Positions 45,288-53,062 of a stretch of 64,000 nt of DNA are shown piece by piece. The translations under genes and the position numbers were made by a program. Each line of letters opens with the position of its first letter. Positions within the stretch are counted from its first letter, which is position 1. Origin of the DNA: a virus; the IMG/VR virus record IMGVR_UViG_3300045988_118801, positions 1 through 64,000 of that record; one strand, given 5' to 3'. A model generated the notes under the pieces. It searched no databases, had not been told where the DNA came from, and saw only the letters and a list, made by a program, of their open reading frames with translations.

Positions 45288-45461
45288 TTAAATGTTGTAT
45301 TTCTCTTTTACATTTAGAAGGTATTCCTTGCCTTCTTCTGTTTTTTCGGCTACATCGAAAATTTTTCCGTCTACTTCTAAAGCAATAAAAGGGAATGATA
45401 TAATAACTTTCCCCCTGTTTAATGTAATTGCTTCTATTAAATTATTTCCTATCTGTTTCAT
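45288..45461 (-). CDS. hypothetical 57-aa protein
   Basis: ATG at 45461, MKQIGNNLIEAITLNRGKVIISFPFIALEVDGKIF... The antisense track ORF 45292-45513 is rejected. Confidence 0.35.
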   Translation of the reverse strand: MKQIGNNLIEAITLNRGKVIISFPFIALEVDGKIFDVAEKTEEGKEYLLNVKEKYNI

Positions 45462-45558
45462 ATCAATACAATTTAATTCGTTTATTTGCGTTTTTAGCCA
45501 CTTTCACACGTAAATAGTATAAATATACCACAAACGTATGAAAGTTTAAATTTCGGGC

Positions 45559-45885
45559 TTATTTATCCTCAAAACGTTTTATTAATTCATAATAAAGTTG
45601 TACATCTTCTTTATCAGGATAAAACCAACGTATAAAACCATTATATTTTTCGTCATACGTTACAACTCGACCAGCACAAACCAGTTCACCGTTAAAAGTT
45701 AAAGCCCTTATTTCATAATCTGAAAAATCAGGGTGCAACTTTTTTATCTTTTCGTTCCAGTTCCAGAAGTGAACATATTCTACCGTTTTTTTATCACTAT
45801 GCAAAACAACTTTATCACTTTCAAATAATTCTTTTAAGGTTGTTTTACCTGATATAATTTGTTTGTACAATTTACTTTTCTTCAT
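45559..45885 (-). CDS. hypothetical protein
   Basis: ORF track. Confidence 0.45.
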   Translation of the reverse strand: MKKSKLYKQIISGKTTLKELFESDKVVLHSDKKTVEYVHFWNWNEKIKKLHPDFSDYEIRALTFNGELVCAGRVVTYDEKYNGFIRWFYPDKEDVQLYYELIKRFEDK

Positions 45886-45897
45886 AGGTATAATTTT

Positions 45898-46158
45898 TTA
45901 AATTAGTTTTACATCCTTTTGCCTCAAAGTAGTAGTGTAAGTTTTTCGGGCTTTTGGTTTTAATTTGTATTCGATAACGTAATAATAAAAGCCGTTATCT
46001 TTATACAAGTCGATAATTTCCCCAAAATTAAAGCCGTTCCCGCTTACTTTTCCGCCAACTTTATAAAGTTGTGTTTCTTTCCCTGATATTTCAGGTAGTA
46101 CAACTTTTTGCGCTTCGTTTTTTGTTTTTAGCGTGTTGTCATAGAATGAATGTAACAT
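45898..46158 (-). CDS. hypothetical protein
   Basis: ORF track. Confidence 0.45.
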   Translation of the reverse strand: MLHSFYDNTLKTKNEAQKVVLPEISGKETQLYKVGGKVSGNGFNFGEIIDLYKDNGFYYYVIEYKLKPKARKTYTTTLRQKDVKLI

Positions 46159-46235
46159 AAGACATAATTTTATAAGTAAAAAATTGTACTCTTAATAAAT
46201 TTTATAAGGCGAATAATCAATATTATTTTCTTTTG

Positions 46236-46580
46236 CTATTTCTTCAGTTTTTTCCTCGATATCTTTGCAAGATATTGCAATAATAAAATAGATTCTTTCG
46301 TTTTTTCTTGCAATTTGTTTACATTGAAATTAAAGTTTTCAAAATTAAGTTTATCAGCATACAAACCGTATTTTTTTACATATAATAGTTTATCATTTGC
46401 CCAATTTTCCATAACTTTAATATAGTTATGGTTTGCGCTCTTCTTTAATGCCCAAACACAAAAACCATCTTTAATACTTTTGTATGCTTCTTTTCTTGTT
46501 AGCAAATTACAATTTTTAGATGCTTTTTCGTTTAGCAACAAATTTGTAGCCTCAAGTTTAATTTGATATAAATCTTTCAT
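46236..46580 (-). CDS. hypothetical protein
   Basis: ORF track. Confidence 0.45.
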   Translation of the reverse strand: MKDLYQIKLEATNLLLNEKASKNCNLLTRKEAYKSIKDGFCVWALKKSANHNYIKVMENWANDKLLYVKKYGLYADKLNFENFNFNVNKLQEKTKESILLLQYLAKISRKKLKK

Positions 46581-46592
46581 AATAGTATTGTT

Positions 46593-46739
46593 TTAATTGT
46601 TAGTAACTTTCTTTATTGATAACAACACACTTGCAATAACAAGTATTGACAAGCATACAAGTAATGTTATTTTGTCTTTTGACATGAAACCGATAACAGG
46701 CAATAATATACCTAGTAACGTGATAATGTGTTTTTTCAT
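46593..46739 (-). CDS. 48-aa two-TM membrane protein (holin-like size and topology)
   Basis: MKKHIITLLGILLPVIGFMSKDKITLLVCLSILVIASVLLSIKKVTNN. Below the track cutoff. The antisense ORF 46597-46869 is rejected. Confidence 0.35.
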   Translation of the reverse strand: MKKHIITLLGILLPVIGFMSKDKITLLVCLSILVIASVLLSIKKVTNN

Positions 46740-46740
46740 G

Positions 46741-46890
46741 TTAACAAAATTTTGTTATATAAACGAACTCGTTATAAGCTTCTTTGAACGAATAGTTGTT
46801 ATTCTTTGCTATTGTGGAAAGAATATCTTTAAACACTTGAATATCTGTATTAATGAATATAGATATTAAAAATGAACTTTTTATTTTCAT
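46741..46890 (-). CDS. hypothetical 49-aa protein
   Basis: ATG at 46890. Its TAA stop is 1 nt before the next ATG (TAACATG). Confidence 0.3.
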   Translation of the reverse strand: MKIKSSFLISIFINTDIQVFKDILSTIAKNNNYSFKEAYNEFVYITKFC

Positions 46891-46897
46891 GGTTCGA

Positions 46898-47131
46898 TTA
46901 ATTTATTCTGTTTCCGTATGAATCTAACTTTGCGTTGTTAATTTCACGTATTATCATTTCATTGCCGAAAGAATCATACTTAACGTATTTGTAGTGACAA
47001 TTTCTAAGGTTGTGAAATACTTTCGCTTTCTTTGCGCTTGCAAACGATTCGTTAACCTGATATTTGCGCCAAATTGATTTAGTGAAAAGTGGCGCAATGT
47101 TCTTTAATTCGGATATAATTATAATTTCCAT
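46898..47131 (-). CDS. hypothetical protein, first gene of the minus-strand block
   Basis: ORF track. Confidence 0.45.
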   Translation of the reverse strand: MEIIIISELKNIAPLFTKSIWRKYQVNESFASAKKAKVFHNLRNCHYKYVKYDSFGNEMIIREINNAKLDSYGNRIN

Positions 47132-47623
47132 AAGACTAATATTTAAATTGTGGATACTCTATTTGTTCACTCTGTATTAATAGGCTTGTGACTATCGGAA
47201 TTTACCCGGCTACATTAAACAATAACAGGCGAACGACTTAACGCTACTTTAAAGTTCTTTACTACCTGAATGTTGCAGAAGGTTATCGGCTACTTTGTCG
47301 GCAAATATCTTACCCTTTCGATATTGCATGTTATTTCACCAGTCTTAACCAGGACATATATTACACTGTTATTCTGCTTTCCAGTTCTAACACTTGTAAG
47401 ATGTTAGCGTTTCATTAATTCAAAGAACTATACGATAAGTTCTTAACACAAAGTTTTAATATTTAAACTAATTGATACACCGCTATTCGTATATTTGTCA
47501 ATATTAATAATATCAACCAAAAAAACAGACTTACATGTATTAATGTAGCTTTTAAGTTAGCAATGTATTAAAGAACTATCTGTTTTTCTTATCTGGTACA
47601 AAGGTAAGACTTTTATTTGAAAC

Positions 47624-47641
47624 TTGCAAATATATTTGCAA
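47624..47641. promoter_or_regulatory. perfect 18-bp palindrome TTGCAAATATATTTGCAA, with a -7 box on both strands
   Basis: Self-complementary. Contains TATATTTG at 47631-47638. Confidence 0.5.
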
Positions 47642-47746
47642 TTATTTTCAAGCTATCTTACCAATACCAGAAAGAACCACTTTGTAAAGTCAGGCTTTTG
47701 TTTGTCCTTATCTTTACACAACAAAGGTACTAATTATTTTTTAATC

Positions 47747-47762
47747 TACAAATATATTTGTA
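47747..47762. promoter_or_regulatory. perfect 16-bp palindrome TACAAATATATTTGTA, second copy of the same core
   Basis: Self-complementary. Both palindrome copies share flanking CTTATCT..ACAAAGGTA motifs about 25-35 nt upstream. Confidence 0.5.
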
Positions 47763-48122
47763 ATTTATTTCTATGTAAAAGCGACTTTTAACGTTCGTTT
47801 AAAATAACCGCAATATTTTTACATTTATAAACTGTTTATTTATAAAATTGTAACTATTACAAATACTTTCTTTGGATAATATTATATATTATCTTTCTTT
47901 GTTATATATATATCAGGAATATATATTATATATATGTTTAATATAAATTTGTAATGAATACAAAAAGTAAAATATATCAATAATAAATAATTTGTAAAAG
48001 TATAAAAAATAAATACTTGTATTAATATTTAATATTTAACAAAAATAAATAAGGAAGCAAAACAAACAAAACGGCAACCTGATAATGATTCGGAACTTTG
48101 CGGATTTTCTTCACGCAAACAC

Positions 48123-48207
48123 TTTCTATTGGAAAATATTTCTTGTGTAAACTTTTCATCAGACTTAGAACTTTATGTTGGCAAATTAATTTCCATTGGA
48201 AAATATC
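48123..48207 (+). repeat. two 18-nt direct repeats TTTCyATTGGAAAATATy spaced 67 bp apart (iteron-like)
   Basis: Copies at 48123-48140 and 48190-48207, identical at 16 of 18 positions. Confidence 0.45.
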
Positions 48208-48700
48208 TGCAAGCGTGCAATACGTTCGTATTGTTCATTTGCAGCCGATGTTAGACGTGTTTTTTCTTCGTTCTTATATCTTATATCACTTTGTTTGCGT
48301 TCGTTGAATATAGCGCAAAATAATAAGACTTAGACGGGCATCCTTTTGTATCCCTGAATCGTGCCCGAAAGATACCCCCTGGTTGGGCGGGTACTGTTTG
48401 TTTTCCTCAGAGCGCAAGTTAGGCTTTGAAAATATATATTTTTAATTTTTTTTCTATTTTTTTATTTTCATTCAATTTTTCTATTCTCCATAGAATATTT
48501 TTTATTTTTTCTCCAAAAATTACCCCTTAAACATTGATTTTATCAATTTTCTCCCTATCTTTGCATAGAGAATAAGGCTATACTTCTAAAATTTGCTTTC
48601 TTATAAGCCTATTTTTCTGATTTTCTTTTGAAATTGGTACAAGTTATAGTCTTAGCCTCTAAAAATTGAAAATTTACGTTTCACTAAAATTAATTAATCT

Positions 48701-49422
48701 ATGGATATAAAAGGAAAGGTGTATTGTTTCTTTGAACAGAGCGGTACGTTTAAGAATGAGTTCATAAAATTGGGGTATGAAGCATACGACTACGACATTC
48801 AGAACAACTTCGGGCAGACTGACTATGTTATAGACTTGTTTTCTGAGATTGAGAAAGCATACGATGACAAGCCGAGTATTTTTGACAATATAAAAGTGAT
48901 GATTTGATAGTTGCATTTTACCCTTGCATATTTTTCAGCCAACAGAATACTACCTTTTTCGATGGTACAAATTGGAATTGGAAAGATAAAGATTGCAAGT
49001 ATAAAGCAGAACAGATACTTTTAAGAAGTAGAGAAAGGCAACATTTTTATGAAGTAGCATTAAAGATGTTTACCGTGTGTGATATTAGAGGTCTTAAACT
49101 TATAGTTGAAAATCCTTACACTACAATACATTACTTGTATAATAATTTCCCTTATAAACCTTCAGTTATTGACAAAAACAGGCAGTTAAGAGGGGATTAT
49201 TTCAAAAAGCCTACTCAATATTGGTTTGTAAACTGTGAACATACAAATGGAAGGTCATTGCAAAATCCTACACAAAAAAAGACTGTAAACGGATTATCTG
49301 GTCATACAGGAAGTTTATGCGATGAGGACAGGTCTTTAATTTCTCCAGACTACGCACGCAACTTTATCTGTGACTTTATTTTAGGCAAGAAGCAAGAAAC
49401 AAGTCAGCTAAGTTTGTTTTAA
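48701..49422 (+). pseudogene. cytosine-C5-methyltransferase-like gene split by a 1-nt frameshift
   Basis: Frame 1 ends ..FDNIKVMI-TGA (48905-48907). The -1 frame reads (K)SDDLIVAFYPCIFFS (PC motif-IV-like) and ENPYT (ENV-like). The junction can only lie within 48886-48904, which contains an A4 run at 48892-48895. Confidence 0.5.
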
Positions 49423-49441
49423 ATATAAAATTTGAATTGAC

Positions 49442-49888
49442 ATGAACAACTACGACCAAATCTGCAAAAAGCTATTTGAGCTGATTCCAAAAGATGAATG
49501 GGAAAGGCTGAACGGCACTTTAGGAGAGATGTGCTCTGAATTTTTAGTTTTCTGTGACACATACTATCATTTGAGCAAGATTATTCCTAAAGATTGGACG
49601 GTGATTGACTTTGGTGCTGCAAACAATCCGCAGAGTTACTTCTTTACGGAGCACAAGAAATACATTGCAGTCAACCCTATAAGTGATATTCCCGAAGAAA
49701 ACGGAATGTTTTGTCCTCTTAATTGTGAGATTTACCGAATGACTACGGGTGAATTTATAAAAACCGTAGATTATCCGAAAGAAAAAGTCTTTGCTGTATG
49801 TAACTTTGTCCCTGATTGGCACGGTGAAAATAGCATGGAACTTGTGAGAAAGAATTTTAAGAATTGTTACACATTTTATCCTGATTGA
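49442..49888 (+). CDS. hypothetical protein
   Basis: ORF track. Confidence 0.5.
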   Translation: MNNYDQICKKLFELIPKDEWERLNGTLGEMCSEFLVFCDTYYHLSKIIPKDWTVIDFGAANNPQSYFFTEHKKYIAVNPISDIPEENGMFCPLNCEIYRMTTGEFIKTVDYPKEKVFAVCNFVPDWHGENSMELVRKNFKNCYTFYPD

Positions 49889-49891
49889 TTT

Positions 49892-50188
49892 ATGAAAATC
49901 CGAGAATTAGAAAAAGAGTTTGTAAAGAAGGGTGTGAAATACACTCAGATTGAGAAGAACGATGTTTATGTTTTGTACAAATGTCAGTGTTTGGAATATG
50001 CAGACACTTACTATGAAGTATTCAGACCGAGATTAGTTCCTCCGCATCCATACGATACAGGCGGTTATGACATGGTTGAGGCTTATCCGTCAAATGAGAG
50101 TTTCGGATGCAATTCTTGGTGCTGTTCTGACATAGATTCCTTGAAAAAGGTTATGAAGAAGCAGTTTGATATATATTATAAGGCTTAA
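49892..50188 (+). CDS. hypothetical protein
   Basis: ORF track. Confidence 0.5.
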   Translation: MKIRELEKEFVKKGVKYTQIEKNDVYVLYKCQCLEYADTYYEVFRPRLVPPHPYDTGGYDMVEAYPSNESFGCNSWCCSDIDSLKKVMKKQFDIYYKA

Positions 50189-50323
50189 TTTACTGTTAGA
50201 TAAGCGTGATTTTCCGATTTTCTTTGTTTGAATGATAACTTGTATAGGTTAGTCGGAGAAAGTTCATAAATTGCGTTTGTCTAAAATTATTGGAATTTAG
50301 TTGTAGGTTTGAAACTTTATACT

Positions 50324-50331
50324 TAAATTTG
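50324..50331 (+). promoter_or_regulatory. candidate -7 box TAAATTTG
   Basis: Matches TAnnTTTG, 16 nt before the ATG at 50347. Confidence 0.4.
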
Positions 50332-50346
50332 TGGTGTTAATTTAAA

Positions 50347-50673
50347 ATGTATGGATTTATGACAAAAGAAGATATTAAAAAGGCAGCAACCGAATATGCC
50401 AATGAAGCGTGTCGCTCACTTTGGAGAACAGGTAAAGAGCAAGTATGTATGGTTGATTTTATAGAAGGTGCTAAATGGAGAATCAATTCCGTTTGGCATG
50501 ATGCTACTGAAAAGCCTACTAAAAAGAAAATTATCATAGTCGTAACAGATTACGGTTATATGTTACAAATAAGTTTTATAATAGGTGCAGATGATTGGGA
50601 TGAATTTGTAAATGAAGGATGTATAGCAAAATGGTGTTATAAAGAGGATTTATTACCTAATATGGAGGAATAA
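50347..50673 (+). CDS. hypothetical protein, intact paralogue of 29456-29803
   Basis: Shared motifs GAKWRINSVWHDATEKP and WCYKEDLL. Confidence 0.55.
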   Translation: MYGFMTKEDIKKAATEYANEACRSLWRTGKEQVCMVDFIEGAKWRINSVWHDATEKPTKKKIIIVVTDYGYMLQISFIIGADDWDEFVNEGCIAKWCYKEDLLPNMEE

Positions 50674-50675
50674 TT

Positions 50676-50993
50676 ATGGCAAGGTCTAAGACTTGTGAAA
50701 TTTACAAGAAAATACAAAGTTTGCTTGGCAGCAATGTGCCAGCGGTTGAACGTCTTGGATATTTGGATGATTCAATTTGGAAATTTGAGCTTTTGAGAGG
50801 TGCTAAAAAGAATGTAAAGGCAGATTTTACTTACAAGAAAAAGATAATTTTCGGATTTAGTCAGGTTGTTCGTAACGAGGTTGAAGTGAAGATTGACGAT
50901 GAAATCCTTGAAAGAATCATAGACATGTTTGAAGAAGAATATGAAAAGCAGGTAGAAATCTGTGAAAAATTAATCAGTAAATTAGAAAGATGA
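50676..50993 (+). CDS. hypothetical protein
   Basis: ORF track. Confidence 0.5.
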   Translation: MARSKTCEIYKKIQSLLGSNVPAVERLGYLDDSIWKFELLRGAKKNVKADFTYKKKIIFGFSQVVRNEVEVKIDDEILERIIDMFEEEYEKQVEICEKLISKLER

Positions 50994-50996
50994 TTT

Positions 50997-51209
50997 ATGG
51001 CAAAGAAAGAATTTAAAATAGGAGAAGTGTTTTAGTGCGGATTGGTGAAGTTGAAATGCGAGAAATACAAAATAAATGGAAAAGGAATTTCTTGTAATGA
51101 TTGTTACTTCGGATGGGAATGCAAGGATATGGCAGGAAAATGTAGCGCAGGAAGCCGTGAAGATAAAACCGATGTTATTTTCGTAAAAGTGGATGATATA
51201 GAAGAATAA
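50997..51209 (+). pseudogene. small Cys-rich protein gene with an in-frame TAG at codon 13
   Basis: ATG 3 nt after the upstream stop. MAKKEFKIGEVF-TAG(51033-51035)-CGLVKLKCEKYKINGKGISCNDCYFGWECKDMAGKCSAGSREDKTDVIFVKVDDIEE. Confidence 0.45.
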
Positions 51210-51214
51210 AATAT

Positions 51215-51416
51215 ATGGTAGTAGAAACAGAAAGACTGGTTAGTGTAAGAGAGTATGCCGACTACAAGGGAGTTTCCCTTACGGCAGTCTACAAAATGGA
51301 TTGACAAAGGAGAAGTAAGAGGTGTCAAGATTGGAATTTTTAACTTTGTAATGCTTGAATTGGATGAGGCAAAGAAGATTAAGGAGAGGAAAGTATCAGC
51401 CTATTTCAAAGGTTGA
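51215..51416 (+). pseudogene. excisionase/AlpA-like HTH gene with a +1 frameshift at an A4 run
   Basis: MVVETERLVSVREYADYKGVSLTAVYK, then the frame breaks at the A run 51293-51296. The +1 frame continues WIDKGEVRGVKIGIFNFVMLELDEAKKIKERKVSAYFKG. Confidence 0.5.
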
Positions 51417-51485
51417 ATACGTTGTTCAGGATTGTCCTATATTGGGGAAGAAAATTGTTGTACATTATTTAGATAACGAAAAGAA

Positions 51486-52589
51486 ATGAATATTAGAGTT
51501 AATAAGTCGGAATTTGTAAAAGGTCTTTTGGTAGGAGGCTCTTTTGCTGGCATAACAAAGTTTTTGCCTATTTTGGATTGTGTAAAGATTAAGGCAAAGA
51601 ACGGAAGCATGGTAATTGTTTCTTCTGACAATGAAAATGCTATCAGCAAGCGTATATTTGGTGTAGAATCGGACGGTGAGGTTTCGTTCTGTGCAGGTTA
51701 TAAAAGCCTTCTGTCTTACGTGAAACTTATAAAGAGCGAATTTATAGACTTGGTGGTTGACGATGAGGTCAAGAATTTGGAGGTCAAGCATGACAAGGGA
51801 AGTGTAAGTCTGCCCCTTTCTGATGCTTCTGAATTTCCTTCGATGCAGCCTGATGAAAATGCGGTATGTATCAGCATGGACAGTGCTTTGTTGAACAACT
51901 GGATTGTGGACGGTCAGGTATTTGTAGGCAATGATGAGTTACGTCCAGTTGTGGGGACTATCTATTTTTATTGTTCAAACGGTGAATTGGGAGTATGTTC
52001 TTCTGACGGTTACTACATGTTTACTGATTTTGTAAGTTCTGAGCTTGAAGATTTCAACTTTATGCTAAACAAGAGAGCGTTTAAAGCCGTATGCGATGTG
52101 TGTAAGGACACTGATATTGTGAAAGTAAGCATTGGTACTAAGAACGTCAAGTTTTCTTCAGACGATTGTTCTGTTTTGGTAAGAACCATTGAATCAAAAT
52201 ATCCAAACTTCAAGTCCGTTTTTCCCAAAAACAATCCTATAAACGCAAAACTGTTGAAGAAAGACCTTGTTGATGCAATTAACCGATGTAAACTTGGTGC
52301 AAGTCAGACTACTTGTCTTGTGAAACTGAATATTTCAGGCATGAACTTGGAAGTAAGTGCGCAAGATTTAGATTTCAATATCAAATCTGTGGAAAATATG
52401 CTTGTTGAGGCTAACGGAAGTATTGTTATAGGCTTTCATGCAGAGAAATTGCTTGCAGTATTGGGTTGTATAGGCACGGAATACGTAAATATTGAGCTTT
52501 CCGACGCTTCAAGGGCGGGATTGTTCAAGGAAGATGATGAAAACAGTCATAAGCTGTTACTTCTTATGCCTATGCTTCTGAACGATTAG
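51486..52589 (+). CDS. dnaN: DNA polymerase III beta sliding clamp
   Basis: 367 aa. N-terminus KSEFVKGLLVGGSFAGITKFLPILDCVKIKAKNGSMVIVSSDNENAI matches the clamp pattern (LPIL..v.i....g.l.i.atD.e). Confidence 0.7.
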   Translation: MNIRVNKSEFVKGLLVGGSFAGITKFLPILDCVKIKAKNGSMVIVSSDNENAISKRIFGVESDGEVSFCAGYKSLLSYVKLIKSEFIDLVVDDEVKNLEVKHDKGSVSLPLSDASEFPSMQPDENAVCISMDSALLNNWIVDGQVFVGNDELRPVVGTIYFYCSNGELGVCSSDGYYMFTDFVSSELEDFNFMLNKRAFKAVCDVCKDTDIVKVSIGTKNVKFSSDDCSVLVRTIESKYPNFKSVFPKNNPINAKLLKKDLVDAINRCKLGASQTTCLVKLNISGMNLEVSAQDLDFNIKSVENMLVEANGSIVIGFHAEKLLAVLGCIGTEYVNIELSDASRAGLFKEDDENSHKLLLLMPMLLND

Positions 52590-52630
52590 AAATATTTTGG
52601 TATTTTATTTGTTTTTACTTTATAAATACC

Positions 52631-52638
52631 TATATTTG
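52631..52638 (+). promoter_or_regulatory. candidate -7 box TATATTTG
   Basis: Intergenic, after dnaN. Confidence 0.4.
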
Positions 52639-52730
52639 CATTGTAGAATTGCTTTATTATTAACAAATCCTTGTCGGTTGGATGGTTAAACCGTCATTTT
52701 AAAATATTACAACATGAACAAAAGAGTAGT

Positions 52731-53018
52731 ATGGATTGGAATAAAATTAAAATCGAAATAGCAAAAACGGCTATGTCTTCATTTATATCCAGACCCAATC
52801 ATGGATATTCTTACGAGGAAATATCAATAATGTCAAGGAGATACGCCGAGGAAATGCTTAAGCAATTAAATGGCGATTACGAAAAAGAAATTGCCAATAA
52901 AGCAAAAGAAGAAATGATTAAAACTTTTAAAGACTGGTTTTGTGAACCTTACTGCCGATTCTACGGCAATGAGGATTATTGCAAAACTTGCCTTATGAAT
53001 AAAAAAATGAATTTATGA
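52731..53018 (+). CDS. hypothetical Cys-containing protein
   Basis: ATG at 52731; the track start at 52671 is TTG. Confidence 0.45.
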   Translation: MDWNKIKIEIAKTAMSSFISRPNHGYSYEEISIMSRRYAEEMLKQLNGDYEKEIANKAKEEMIKTFKDWFCEPYCRFYGNEDYCKTCLMNKKMNL

Positions 53019-53062
53019 AATAAAAAAAACGCAAAATATTTTGGTGGTAATATAATAATCAC

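Larger units (their letters stand above)
47132..48700. other. 1.57-kb non-coding divergent control region; candidate replication origin
   Basis: The only track ORFs here are two short non-ATG-start ORFs with no motif (48098-48307 plus, 48674-48916 minus), both rejected. This is the strand-switch point. It holds an extremely AT-rich core at about 47820-48060, direct repeats, palindromes, DnaA-box-like 9-mers and GC-richer islands. Confidence 0.5.

Noticed and set aside
47820-48060. CRISPR-like or minisatellite array in the AT-rich tract.
   Set aside because: Only low-complexity (TA)n and A/T runs are present. There are no regularly spaced repeats of 20 nt or more with unique spacers, and no cas genes in the window.
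48350-48372. Hammerhead-like CTGA...GAAA core in the GC-rich island.
   Set aside because: The sequence reads CUGAAUC, not CUGANGA. The flanking helices do not fit the three-stem hammerhead layout.
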